Source: Eledone cirrhosa
Taxonomy: Eukaryota
NCBI GenBank assembly: GCA_964016885.1
Contig: OZ024740.1
Coordinates: 12,586,001 to 12,650,000 of the forward strand
Length of the DNA: 64,000 bases
Direction of reading: 5' to 3'
The notes beneath the pieces were generated by a model. It was not told the origin of the DNA and ran no database searches. It saw nothing but the letters and a program-made list of their open reading frames with translations. Made by a program: the position numbers and the translations under genes. Shown one piece after another: positions 41,401 through 54,900 of the stretch. The first letter of the stretch is position 1. Each line of letters begins with the position of its first letter.

Positions 41401-43029
41401 CTAGTCTAATGTTTCTAGTGTAATGTCTTGTCTCTAGTCTAATGTCTTGTCTCTAATCTAATGTCTTGTCTCTAGTCTAATGTCTCTAGTCTAATGTCTT
41501 GTCTCTAGTCTAATATCTTGTCTCTAGTCTAATGTCTTGTCTCTAGTCTAATGTCTCTAGTCTAATGGCTTGTTTCTAGTCTAATGTCTCTAGTCTAATG
41601 TCTTGTCTCTAGTCTAATATCTTGTCTCTAGTCTAATGTCTTGTCTCTAGTCTAATGTCTCTAGTCTAATGTCTTGTCTCTAGTCTAACGTCTTGTCTCT
41701 AGTCTAATGTCTCTAGTGTAATGTCTTGTCTCTAGTCTAATGTCTTGTCTCTAGTCTAACGTCTTGTCTCTAGTCTAATGTCTCTAGTCTAATATCTTGT
41801 CTCTAGTCTAATGTCTCTAGTCTAATATCTTGTCACTAGTCTAATGTCTCTAGTCTAATGTCTTGTCTGTAGTCTAATGTCTCTAGTCTAATGTCTTGTC
41901 TCTAGTCTAATATCTTGTCTCTAGTCTAATGTCTTGTCTCTAGTCTAATGTCTCTAGTCTAATGTCTTGTTTCTAGTCTAATGTCTCTAGTCTAATGTCT
42001 TGTCTCTAGTCTAATGTCTCTAGTCTAATGTCTTGTCTCTAGTCTAATATCTTGTCTCTAGTCTAATGTCTTGTCTCTAGTCTAATGTCTCTAGTCTAAT
42101 GTCTTGTCTCTAGTCTAATATCTTGTCTCTAGTCTAATGTCTCTAGTCTAATGTCTTGTCTCTAGTCTAATGTCTCTAGTCTAATGTCTCTAGTCTAATG
42201 TCTTATCTCTAGTCTAATGTCTTGTCTCTAGTCTAATGTCTCTAGTCTAATATCTTGTCTCTAGTCTAATGTCTCTAGACTAATATCTTGTCTCTAGTCT
42301 AATGTCTCTAGTCTAATTTCTTGTCTCTAGTCTAATGTCTCTAGTCTAATGTCTTGTCTCTAGTCTAATATCTCGTCTCTAGTCTAATGTCTCTAGTCTA
42401 ATGTCTTGTCTCTAGTCTAATATCTTGTCTCTAGTCTAATGTCTTTAGTCTAATGTCTTGTCTCTAGTCTAATATATTGTCTCTAGTCTAATGTCTCTAG
42501 TCTAATGTCTTGTCTCTAGTCTAATGTCTTGAGTCTAGTCTAATGTCTCTAGTCTAATGTCTTGTCTCTAGTGTAACGTCTTGTCTTTAGTCTAATGTCT
42601 CTAGTCTAATGTCTCTAGTGTAATGTCTTGTCTCTAGTCTAATATCTTGTCTCTAATCTAATGTCTTGTCTCTAGTCTAATGTCTCTAGTCTAATGTCTT
42701 GTCTCTAGTCTAATATCTTGTCTCTAGTCAAATGTCTCTAGTCTAATGTCTTGTCTCTAGTCTAATGTCTCTAGTCTAATGTCTTGTCTCTAGTCTAATG
42801 TCTTGTCTCTAGTCTAATGTCTCTAGTCTAATATCTTGTCTCTAGTCTAATGTCTCTAGTCTAATGTCTTGTCTCTAGTCTAATGTCTCTAGTCTAATGT
42901 CTTGTCTCTAGTCTAATGTCTCTAGTCTAATGTCTTGTCTCTAGTCTAATATCTCGTCTCTAGTCTAATGTCTCTAGTCTAATGTCTTGTCTCTAGTCTA
43001 ATATCTTGTCTCTAGTCTAATGTCTCTAG

Positions 43030-46000
43030 TCTAATGTCTTGTCTCTAGTCTAATGTCTTGTCTCTAGTCTAATGTCTTGTCTCTAGTCTAATGTCTCTAG
43101 TCTAATGTCTTGTCTCTACTCTAACGTCTTGTCTCTAGTCTAATGTCTCTAGTCTAATGTTTCTAGTGTAATGTCTTGTCTCTAGTCTAATGTCTTGTCT
43201 CTAATCTAATGTCTTGTCTCTAGTCTAATGTCTCTAGTCTAATGTCTTGTCTCTAGTCTAATATCTTGTCTCTAGTCTAATGTCTTGTCTCTAGTCTAAT
43301 GTCTCTAGTCTAATGGCTTGTTTCTAGTCTAATGTCTCTAGTCTAATGTCTCTAGTCTAATGTCTTGTCTCTAGTCTAATATCTTGTCTCTAGTCTAATG
43401 TCTTGTCTCTAGTCTAATGTCTCTAGTCTAATGTCTTGTCTCTAGTCTAACGTCTTGTCTCTAGTCTAATGTCTCTAGTGTAATGTCTTGTCTCTAGTCT
43501 AATGTCTTGTCTCTAGTCTAACGTCTTGTCTCTAGTCTAATGTCTCTAGTCTAATATCTTGTCTCTAGTCTAATGTCTCTAGTCTAATATCTTGTCACTA
43601 GTCTAATGTCTCTAGTCTAATGTCTTGTCTGTAGTCTAATGTCTCTAGTCTAATGTCTTGTCTCTAGTCTAATATCTTGTCTCTAGTCTAATGTCTTGTC
43701 TCTAGTCTAATGTCTCTAGTCTAATGTCTTGTTTCTAGTCTAATGTCTCTAGTCTAATGTCTCTAGTCTAATGTCTTGTCTCTAGTCTAATGTCTCTAGT
43801 CTAATGTCTTGTCTCTAGTCTAATATCTTGTCTCTAGTCTAATGTCTTGTCTCTAGTCTAATGTCTCTAGTCTAATGTCTTGTCTCTAGTCTAATATCTT
43901 GTCTCTAGTCTAATGTCTCTAGTCTAATGTCTTGTCTCTAGTCTAATGTCTCTAGTCTAATGTCTCTATTCTAATGTCTTATCTCTAGTCTAATGTCTTG
44001 TCTCTAGTCTAATGTCTCTAGTCTAATATCTTGTCTCTAGACTAATGTCTCTAGACTAATGTCTTGTCTCTAGTCTAATGTCTCTAGTCTAATTTCTTGT
44101 CTCTAGTCTAATGTCTCTAGTCTAATGTCTTGTCTCTAGTCTAATATCTCGTCTCTAGTCTAATGTCTCTAGTCTAATGTCTTGTCTCTAGTCTAATATC
44201 TTGTCTCTAGTCTAATGTCTTTAGTCTAATGTCTTGTCTCTAGTCTAATATATTGTCTCTAGTCTAATGTCTCTAGTCTAATGTCTTGTCTCTAGTCTAA
44301 TGTCTTGAGTCTAGTCTAATGTCTCTAGTCTAATGTCTTGTCTCTAGTCTAATATCTCGTCTCTAGTCTAATGTCTCTAGTCTAATGTCTTGTCTCTAGT
44401 CTAATATCTTGTCTCTAGTCTAATGTCTTTAGTCTAATGTCTTGTCTCTAGTCTAATATATTGTCTCTAGTCTAATGTCTCTAGTCTAATGTCTTGTCTC
44501 TAGTCTAATGTCTTGAGTCTAGTCTAATGTCTCTAGTCTAATGTCTTGTCTCTAGTGTAACGTCTTGTCTTTAGTCTAATGTCTCTAGTGTAATGTCATG
44601 TCTCTAGTCTAATATCTTGTCTCTAATCTAATGTCTTGTCTCTAGTCTAATGTCTCTAGTCTAATGTCTTGTCTCTAGTCTAATGTCTTGTCTCTAGTCT
44701 AATATCTTGTCTCTAGTCTAATGTCTTGTCTCTAGTCTAATATCTTGTCTCTAGTCTAATGTATTGTCTCTAGTCTAATGTCTCTAGTCTAATGTCTTGT
44801 TTCTAGTCTAATGTCTCTAGTCTAATGTCTTGTCTCTAGTCTAATATCTTGTCTCTAGTCTAATGTCTTGTCTCTAGTCTAATGTCTCTAGTCTAATGTC
44901 TTGTCTCTAGTCTAACGTCTTGTCTCTAGTCTAATGTCTCTAGTGTAATGTCTTGTCTCTTGTCTAATGTCTTGTCTCTAGTCTAACGTCTTGTCTCTAG
45001 TCTAATGTCTCTAGTCTAATATCTTGTCTCTAGTCTAATGTCTCTAGTCTAATATCGTGTCACTAGTCTAATGTCTCTAGTCTAATATCTTGTCTCTAGT
45101 CTAACGTCTTGTCTCTAGTCTAATGTCTCTAGTCTAATATCTTGTCTCTAGTCTAATGTCTCTAGTCTAATGTCTTGTCTCTAGTCTAATGTAATGTCTC
45201 TAGTCTAATATCTTGTCTCTAGTCGAATGTCTTGTCTCTAGTCTAATGTCTCTAGTCTAATGTCTTGTTTCTAGTCTAATGTCTCTAGTCTAATGTCTTG
45301 TCTCTAGTCTAATATCTTGTCTCTAGTCAAATGTCTCTAGTCTAATGTCTTGTCTCTAGTCTAATGTCTCTAGTCTAATGTCTTGTCTCTAGTCTAATGT
45401 CTCTAGTCTAATGTCTTGTCTCTAGTCTAATATCTTGTCTCTAGTCTAATGTCTCTAGTCTAATGTCTTGTCTCTAGTCTAATATCTTGTCTCTAGTCTA
45501 ATGTCTCTAGTCTAATGTCTTGTCTCTAGTCTAATGTCTCTAGTCTAATGTCTTGTCTCCAGTCTAATGTCTCTAGTCTAATGTCTTGTCTCTAGTCTAA
45601 TATCTTGTCTCTAGTCTAATGTCTCTAGTCTAATGTCTTGTTTCTAGTCTAATGTCTCTAGTCTAATGTCTTGTCTCTAGTCTAATATCTTGTCTCTAGT
45701 CTAATGTCTTGTCTCTAGTCTAATGTCTCTAGTCTAATGTCTTGTCTCTAGTCTAACGTCTTGTCTCTAGTCCAATGTCTCTAGTGTAATGTCTTGTCTC
45801 TAGTCTAATGTCTCTAGTCTAATGTCTTGTCTCTAGTCTAATGTCTTGTCTCTAGTCTAATGTCTTGTCTCTAGTCTAATGTCTCTAGTCTAATGTCTTG
45901 TCTCTACTCTAACGTCTTGTCTCTAGTCTAATGTCTCTAGTCTAATGTTTCTAGTGTAATGTCTTGTCTCTAGTCTAATGTCTTGTCTCTAATCTAATGT

Positions 46001-48390
46001 CTTGTCTCTAGTCTAATGTCTCTAGTCTAATATCTTGTCTCTAGTCTAATATCTTGTCTCTAGTCTAATGTCTTGTCTCTAGTCTAATGTCTCTAGTCTA
46101 ATGGCTTGTTTCTAGTCTAATGTCTCTAGTCTAATGTCTTGTCTCTAGTCTAATATCTTGTCTCTAGTCTAATGTCTTGTCTCTAGTCTAATGTCTCTAG
46201 TCTAATGTCTTGTCTCTAGTCTAACGTCTTGTCTCTAGTCTAATGTCTCTAGTGTAATGTCTTGTCTCTAGTCTAATGTCTTGTCTCTAGTCTAACGTCT
46301 TGTCTCTAGTCTAATGTCTCTAGTCTAATATCTTGTCTCTAGTCTAATGTCTCTAGTCTAATATCTTGTCACTAGTCTAATGTCTCTAGTCTAATGTCTT
46401 GTCTGTAGTCTAATGTCTCTAGTCTAATGTCTTGTCTCTAGTCTAATATCTTGTCTCTAGTCTAATGTCTTGTCTCTAGTCTAATGTCTCTAGTCTAATG
46501 TCTTGTTTCTAGTCTAATGTCTCTAGTCTAATGTCTCTAGTCTAATGTCTTGTCTCTAGTCTAATGTCTCTAGTCTAATGTCTTGTCTCTAGTCTAATAT
46601 CTTGTCTCTAGTCTAATGTCTTGTCTCTAGTCTAATGTCTCTAGTCTAATGTCTTGTCTCTAGTCTAATATCTTGTCTCTAGTCTAATGTCTCTAGTCTA
46701 ATGTCTTGTCTCTAGTCTAATGTCTCTAGTCTAATGTCTCTATTCTAATGTCTTATCTCTAGTCTAATGTCTTGTCTCTAGTCTAATGTCTCTAGTCTAA
46801 TATCTTGTCTCTAGACTAATGTCTCTAGACTAATGTCTTGTCTCTAGTCTAATGTCTCTAGTCTAATTTCTTGTCTCTAGTCTAATGTCTCTAGTCTAAT
46901 GTCTTGTCTCTAGTCTAATATCTCGTCTCTAGTCTAATGTCTCTAGTCTAATGTCTTGTCTCTAGTCTAATATCTTGTCTCTAGTCTAATGTCTTTAGTC
47001 TAATGTCTTGTCTCTAGTCTAATATATTGTCTCTAGTCTAATGTCTCTAGTCTAATGTCTTGTCTCTAGTCTAATGTCTTGAGTCTAGTCTAATGTCTCT
47101 AGTCTAATGTCTTGTCTCTAGTGTAACGTCTTGTCTTTAGTCTAATGTCTCTAGTCTAATGTCTCTAGTGTAATGTCATGTCTCTAGTCTAATATCTTGT
47201 CTCTAATCTAATGTCTTGTCTCTAGTCTAATGTCTCTAGTCTAATGTCTTGTCTCTAGTCTAATGTCTTGTCTCTAGTCTAATATCTTGTCTCTAGTCTA
47301 ATGTCTTGTCTCTAGTCTAATATCTTGTCTCTAGTCTAATGTATTGTCTCTAGTCTAATGTCTCTAGTCTAATGTCTTGTTTCTAGTCTAATGTCTCTAG
47401 TCTAATGTCTTGTCTCTAGTCTAATATCTTGTCTCTAGTCTAATGTCTTGTCTCTAGTCTAATGTCTCTAGTCTAATGTCTTGTCTCTAGTCTAACGTCT
47501 TGTCTCTAGTCTAATGTCTCTAGTGTAATGTCTTGTCTCTTGTCTAATGTCTTGTCTCTAGTCTAACGTCTTGTCTCTAGTCTAATGTCTCTAGTCTAAT
47601 ATCTTGTCTCTAGTCTAATGTCTCTAGTCTAATATCTTGTCACTAGTCTAATGTCTCTAGTCTAATATCTTGTCTCTAGTCTAACGTCTTGTCTCTAGTC
47701 TAATGTCTCTAGTCTAATATCTTGTCTCTAGTCTAATGTCTCTAGTCTAATGTCTTGTCTCTAGTCTAATGTAATGTCTCTAGTCTAATATCTTGTCTCT
47801 AGTCGAATGTCTTGTCTCTAGTCTAATGTCTCTAGTCTAATGTCTTGTTTCTAGTCTAATGTCTCTAGTCTAATGTCTTGTCTCTAGTCTAATATCTTGT
47901 CTCTAGTCAAATGTCTCTAGTCTAATGTCTTGTCTCTAGTCTAATGTCTCTAGTCTAATGTCTTGTCTCTAGTCTAATGTCTCTAGTCTAATGTCTTGTC
48001 TCTAGTCTAATATCTTGTCTCTAGTCTAATGTCTCTAGTCTAATGTCTTGTCTCTAGTCTAATATCTTGTCTCTAGTCTAATGTCTCTAGTCTAATGTCT
48101 TGTCTCTAGTCTAATGTCTCTAGTCTAATGTCTTGTCTCCAGTCTAATGTCTCTAGTCTAATGTCTTGTCTCTAGTCTAATATCTTGTCTCTAGTCTAAT
48201 GTCTCTAGTCTAATGTCTTGTTTCTAGTCTAATGTCTCTAGTCTAATGTCTTGTCTCTAGTCTAATATCTTGTCTCTAGTCTAATGTCTTGTCTCTAGTC
48301 TAATGTCTCTAGTCTAATGTCTTGTCTCTAGTCTAACGTCTTGTCTCTAGTCCAATGTCTCTAGTGTAATGTCTTGTCTCTAGTCTAATG
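43030..48390. repeat. Tandem duplication with 2,580/2,774-bp offset
   Basis: Lines 44581-45800 match 47161-48380 at +2,580 (private markers GTCATG, TGTAATGTC, CTCCAG), with one difference seen near 45057/47637. Upstream marker TATTCT is at 43967/46741 (+2,774). Confidence 0.9.
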
Positions 48391-51300
48391 TCTTGTCTCT
48401 AGTCTAACGTCTTGTCTCTAGTCTAATGTCTCTAGTCTAATATCTTGTCTCTAGTCTAATGTCTCTAGTCTAATATCTTGTCACTAGTCTAATGTCTCTA
48501 GTCTAATATCTTGTCTCTAGTCTAACGTCTTGTCCCTAGTCTAATGTCTCTAGTCTAATATCTTGTCTCTAGTCTAATGTCTCTAGTCTAATATCTTGTC
48601 GCTTGTCTAATGTTTCTAGTCTAATGTCTTGTCTCTAGTCTAATGTCTTGTCTCTAGTCTAATTTCTCTAGTCTAATGTCTTGTCTCTAGTCTAATATCT
48701 TGTCTCTAGTCTAATGTCTTGTCTCTAGTCTAATGTCTCAAGTCTAATGTCTTGTTTCTAGTCTAATGTCTCTAGTCTAATGTCTTGTCTCTAGTCTAAT
48801 AGCTTGTCTCTAGTCTAATGTCTTGTCTCTATTCTAATGTCTCTAGTCTAATGTCTTGTCTCTAGTCTAATATCTTGTCTCTAGTCAAATGTCTCTAGTC
48901 TAATGTCTTGTTTCGAGTCTAACGTCTCTAGTCTAATGTCTTGTCTCTAGTCTAATATCTTGTCTCTAGTCAAATGTCTCTAGTCTAATGTCTTGTCTCT
49001 AGTCTAACGTCTCTAGTCTAATGTCTTGTCTCTAGTCTAATGTCTCTAGTCTAATGTCTTGTCTCTAGTCTAATATCTTGTCTCTAGTCTAATGTCTCTA
49101 GTCTAATGTCTTGTCTCTAGTCTAATATCTTGTCTCTAGTCTAATGTCTCTAGTCTAATGTCTTGTCTCTAGTCTAATGTCTCTAGTCTAATGTCTTGTC
49201 TCTAGTCTAATGTCTCTAGTCTAATGTCTTGTCTCTAGTCTAATATCTTGTCTCTAGTCTAATGTCTCTAGTCTAATGTCTTGTTTCTAGTCTAATGTCT
49301 CTAGTCTAATGTCTTGTCTCTAGTCTAATATCTTGTCTCTAGTCTAATGTCTTGTCTCTAGTCTAATGTCTCTAGTCTAATGTCTTGTCTCTAGTCTAAC
49401 GTCTTGTCTCTAGTCCAATGTCTCTAGTGTAATGTCTTGTCTCTAGTCTAATGTCTTGTCTCTAGTCTAACGTCTTGTCTCTAGTCTAATGTCTCTAGTC
49501 TAATATCTTGTCACTAGTCTAATGTCTCTAGTCTAATATCTTGTCTCTAGTCTAACGTCTTGTCCCTAGTCTAATGTCTCTAGTCTAATATCTTGTCTCT
49601 AGTCTAATGTCTCTAGTCTAATATCTTGTCGCTTGTCTAATGTTTCTAGTCTAATGTCTTGTCTCTAGTCTAATGTCTTGTCTCTAGTCTAATGTCTCTA
49701 GTCTAATGTCTTGTCTCTAGTCTAATATCTTGTCTCTAGTCTAATGTCTTGTCTCTAGTCTAATGTCTCTAGTCTAATGTCTTGTTTCTAGTCTAATGTC
49801 TCTAGTCTAATGTCTTGTCTCTAGTCTAATAGCTTGTCTCTAGTCTAATGTCTTGTCTCTATTCTAATGTCTCTAGTCTAATGTCTTGTCTCTAGTCTAA
49901 TATCTTGTCTCTCGTCAAATGTCTCTAGTCTAATGTCTTGTTTCTAGTCTAACGTCTCTAGTCTAATGTCTTGTCTCTAGTCTAATATCTTGTCTCTAGT
50001 CAAATGTCTCTAGTCTAATGTCTTGTCTCTAGTCTAACGTCTCTAGTCTAATGTCTTGTCTCTAGTCTAATGTCTCTAGTCTAATGTCTCTAGTCTAATG
50101 TCTTGTCTCTAGTCTAATATCTTGTCTCTAGTCCAATGTCTCTAGTCTAATGTCTTGTCTCTAGTCTAATGTCTCTAGTCTAATGTCTTGTCTCTAGTCT
50201 AATGTCTCTAGTCTAATGTCTTGTCTCTAGTCTAATATCTTGTCTCTAGTCTAATGTCTCTAGTCTAATGTCTTGTCTCTAGTCTAATGTCTCTAGTCTA
50301 ATGTCTTGTCTCTAGTCTAATGTCTTGTCTCTAGTCTAATGTCTCTAGTCTAATATCTTGTCTCTAGTCTAATGTCTCTAGTCTAATGTCTTGTCTCTAG
50401 TCTAATGTCTCTAGTCTAATGTCTGGTCTCTAGTCTAATATCTTGTCTCTAGTCTAATGAATTGTCTCTAGTCTAATGTCTCTAGTCTAATGTCTTGTCT
50501 CTAGTCTAATGTCTCTAGTCTAATGTCTCTAGTCTAATGTCTTGTCTCTAGTCTAATGTCTTGTCTCTAGTCTAATGTCTCTAGTCTAATGTTTCTAGTC
50601 TAATGTCTTGTTTCTAGTCTAATGTCTCTAGTCTAATGTCTTGTCTCTAGTCTAATATCTTGTCTCTAGTCTAATGTCTTGTCGCTAGTCTAATGTCTCT
50701 AGTGTAATGTCTTGTCTCTAGTCTAATGTCTTGTCTCTAGTCTAATGTCTTGTCTCTAGTCTAATGTCTCTTGTCTAATGTCTTGTCTCTAGTCTAATAT
50801 CTTGTCTCTAGTCTAATGTCTTGTCTCTAGTCTAATGTCTCTAGTCTAATGTCTTGTTTCTAGTCTAATGTCTCTAATCTAATGTCTTGTCTCTAGTCTA
50901 ATATCTTGTCTCTAGTCTAATGTCTTGTCTCTAGTCTAATGTCTCTAGTCTAATGTCTTGTCTCTAGTCTAATATCTTGTCTCTAGTCTAATGTCTTGTC
51001 TCTAGTCTAATGTCTCTAGTCTAATGTCTTGTTTCTAGTCTAATGTCTCTAGTCTAATGTCTTGTCTCTAGTCTAATATCTTGTCTCTAGTCTAATGTCT
51101 CTAGTCTAATGTCTTGTCTCTAGTCTAGTGCCTTGTCTCTAGTCTAATATCTTGTCTCTAGTCTAATGTCTCTAGTCTAATGTCTTGTCTCTAGTCTAAT
51201 GTCTCTAGTCTAATGTCTTTGTCTCTAGTCTAATGTCTCTAGTCTAATGTCTTGTCTCTAGTCTAATGTCTCTACTCTAATGTCTTGTCTCTAGTCCCAA

Positions 51301-51929
51301 TATCTTGTCTCTAGTCTAATGTCTCTAGTCTAATGTCTTGTCTCTAGTCTAATGTCTCTAGTCTAATGTCTTATCTCTAGTCTAATGTCTTGTCTCTAGT
51401 CTAATGTCTCTAGTGTAATGTCTTGTCTCTAGTCTAATGTCTTGTCTCTAGTCTAACGTCTTGTCTCTAGTCTAATGTCTCTAGTCTAATATCTTGTCTC
51501 TAGTCTAATGTCTCTAGTCTAATATCTTGTCACTAGTCTAATGTCTCTAGTCTAATGTCTTGTCTGTAGTCTAATGTCTCTAGTCTAATGTCTTGTCTCT
51601 AGTCTAATATCTTGTCTCTAGTCTAATGTCTTGTCTCTAGTCTAATGTCTCTAGTCTAATGTCTTGTCTCTAGTCTAATATCTTGTCTCTAGTCTAATGT
51701 CTTGTCTCTAGTCTAATGTCTCTAGTCTAATGTCTTGTCTCTAGTCTAATATCTTGTCTCTAGTCTAATGTCTCTAGTCTAATGTCTTGTCTCTAGTCTA
51801 ATGTCTCTAGTCTAATGTCTCTAGTCTAATGTCTTATCTCTAGTCTAATGTCTTGTCTCTAGTCTAATGTCTCTAGTCTAATATCTTGTCTCTAGTCTAA
51901 TGTCTCTAGACTAATGTCTTGTCTCTAGT

Positions 51930-54900
51930 CTAATGTCTCTAGTCTAATTTCTTGTCTCTAGTCTAATGTCTCTAGTCTAATGTCTTGTCTCTAGTCTAAT
52001 ATCTCGTCTCTAGTCTAATGTCTCTAGTCTAATGTCTTGTCTCTAGTCTAATATCTTGTCTCTAGTCTAATGTCTTTAGTCTAATGTCTTGTCTCTAGTC
52101 TAATATATTGTCTCTAGTCTAATGTCTCTAGTCTAATGTCTTGTCTCTAGTCTAATGTCTTGAGTCTAGTCTAATGTCTCTAGTCTAATGTCTTGTCTCT
52201 AGTGTAACGTCTTGTCTTTAGTCTAATGTCTCTAGTCTAATGTCTCTAGTGTAATGTCTTGTCTCTAGTCTAATATCTTGTCTCTAATCTAATGTCTTGT
52301 CTCTAGTCTAATGTCTCTAGTCTAATGTCTTGTCTCTAGTCTAATGTCTTGTCTAGTCTAATATCTTGTCTCTAGTCTAATGTCTTGTCTCTAGTCTAAT
52401 ATCTTGTCTCTAGTCTAATGTATTGTCTCTAGTCTAATGTCTCTAGTCTAATGTCTTGTTTCTAGTCTAATGTCTCTAGTCTAATGTCTTGTCTCTAGTC
52501 TAATATCTTGTCTCTAGTCTAATGTCTTGTCTCTAGTCTAATGTCTCTAGTCTAATGTCTTGTCTCTAGTCTAACGTCTTGTCTCTAGTCTAATGTCTCT
52601 AGTGTAATGTCTTGTCTCTTGTCTAATGTCTTGTCTCTAGTCTAACGTCTTGTCTCTAGTCTAATGTCTCTAGTCTAATATCTTGTCTCTAGTCTAATGT
52701 CTCTAGTCTAATATCTTGTCACTAGTCTAATGTCTCTAGTCTAATATCTTGTCTCTAGTCTAACGTCTTGTCTCTAGTCTAATGTCTCTAGTCTAATATC
52801 TTGTCTCTAGTCTAATGTCTCTAGTCTAATGTCTTGTCTCTAGTCTAATGTCTTGTCTCTAGTCTAATATCTTGTCTCTAGTCGAATGTCTTGTCTCTAG
52901 TCTAATGTCTCTAGTCTAATGTCTTGTTTCTAGTCTAATGTCTCTAGTCTAATGTCTTGTCTCTAGTCTAATATCTTGTCTCTAGTCAAATGTCTCTAGT
53001 CTAATGTCTTGTCTCTAGTCTAATGTCTCTAGTCTAATGTCTTGTCTCTAGTCTAATGTCTCTAGTCTAATGTCTTGTCTCTAGTCTAATATCTTGTCTC
53101 TAGTCTAATGTCTCTAGTCTAATGTCTTGTCTCTAGTCTAATATCTTGTCTCTAGTCTAATGTCTCTAGTCTAATGTCTTGTCTCTAGTCTAATGTCTCT
53201 AGTCTAATGTCTTGTCTCTAGTCTAATGTCTCTAGTCTAATGTCTTGTCTCTAGTCTAATATCTTGTCTCTAGTCTAATGTCTCTAGTCTAATGTCTTGT
53301 TTCTAGTCTAATGTCTCTAGTCTAATGTCTTGTCTCTAGTCTAATATCTTGTCTCTAGTCTAATGTCTTGTCTCTAGTCTAATGTCTCTAGTCTAATGTC
53401 TTGTCTCTAGTCTAACGTCTTGTCTCTAGTCCAATGTCTCTAGTGTAATGTCTTGTCTCTAGTCTAATGTCTTGTCTCTAGTCTAACGTCTTGTCTCTAG
53501 TCTAATGTCTCTAGTCTAATATCTTGTCTCTAGTCTAATGTCTCTAGTCTAATATCTTGTCACTAGTCTAATGTCTCTAGTCTAATATCTTGTCTCTAGT
53601 CTAACGTCTTGTCCCTAGTCTAATGTCTCTAGTCTAATATCTTGTCTCTAGTCTAATGTCTCTAGTCTAATATCTTGTCGCTTGTCTAATGTTTCTAGTC
53701 TAATGTCTTGTCTCTAGTCTAATGTCTTGTCTCTAGTCTAATTTCTCTAGTCTAATGTCTTGTCTCTAGTCTAATATCTTGTCTCTAGTCTAATGTCTTG
53801 TCTCTAGTCTAATGTCTCAAGTCTAATGTCTTGTTTCTAGTCTAATGTCTCTAGTCTAATGTCTTGTCTCTAGTCTAATAGCTTGTCTCTAGTCTAATGT
53901 CTTGTCTCTATTCTAATGTCTCTAGTCTAATGTCTTGTCTCTAGTCTAATATCTTGTCTCTAGTCAAATGTCTCTAGTCTAATGTCTTGTTTCGAGTCTA
54001 ACGTCTCTAGTCTAATGTCTTGTCTCTAGTCTAATATCTTGTCTCTAGTCAAATGTCTCTAGTCTAATGTCTTGTCTCTAGTCTAACGTCTCTAGTCTAA
54101 TGTCTTGTCTCTAGTCTAATGTCTCTAGTCTAATGTCTTGTCTCTAGTCTAATATCTTGTCTCTAGTCTAATGTCTCTAGTCTAATGTCTCTAGTCTAAT
54201 GTCTTGTCTCTAGTCTAATATCTTGTCTCTAGTCTAATGTCTCTAGTCTAATGTCTTGTCTCTAGTCTAATGTCTCTAGTCTAAAGTCTTATCTCTAGTC
54301 TAATGTCTCTAGTCTAATGTCTTGTCTCTAGTCTAATATCTTGTCTCTAGTCTAATGTCTCTAGTCTAATGTCTTGTTTCTAGTCTAATGTCTCTAGTCT
54401 AATGTCTTGTCTCTAGTCTAATATCTTGTCTCTAGTCTAATGTCTTGTCTCTAGTCTAATGTCTCTAGTCTAATGTCTTGTCTCTAGTCTAACGTCTTGT
54501 CTCTAGTCCAATGTCTCTAGTGTAATGTCTTGTCTCTAGTCTAATGTCTTGTCTCTAGTCTAACGTCTTGTCTCTAGTCTAATGTCTCTAGTCTAATATC
54601 TTGTCTCTAGTCTAATGTCTCTAGTCTAATATCTTGTCACTAGTCTAATGTCTCTAGTCTAATATCTTGTCTCTAGTCTAACGTCTTGTCCCTAGTCTAA
54701 TGTCTCTAGTCTAATATCTTGTCTCTAGTCTAATGTCTCTAGTCTAATATCTTGTCGCTTGTCTAATGTTTCTAGTCTAATGTCTTGTCTCTAGTCTAAT
54801 GTCTTGTCTCTAGTCTAATGTCTCTAGTCTAATGTCTTGTCTCTAGTCTAATATCTTGTCTCTAGTCTAATGTCTTGTCTCTAGTCTAATGTCTCTAGTC

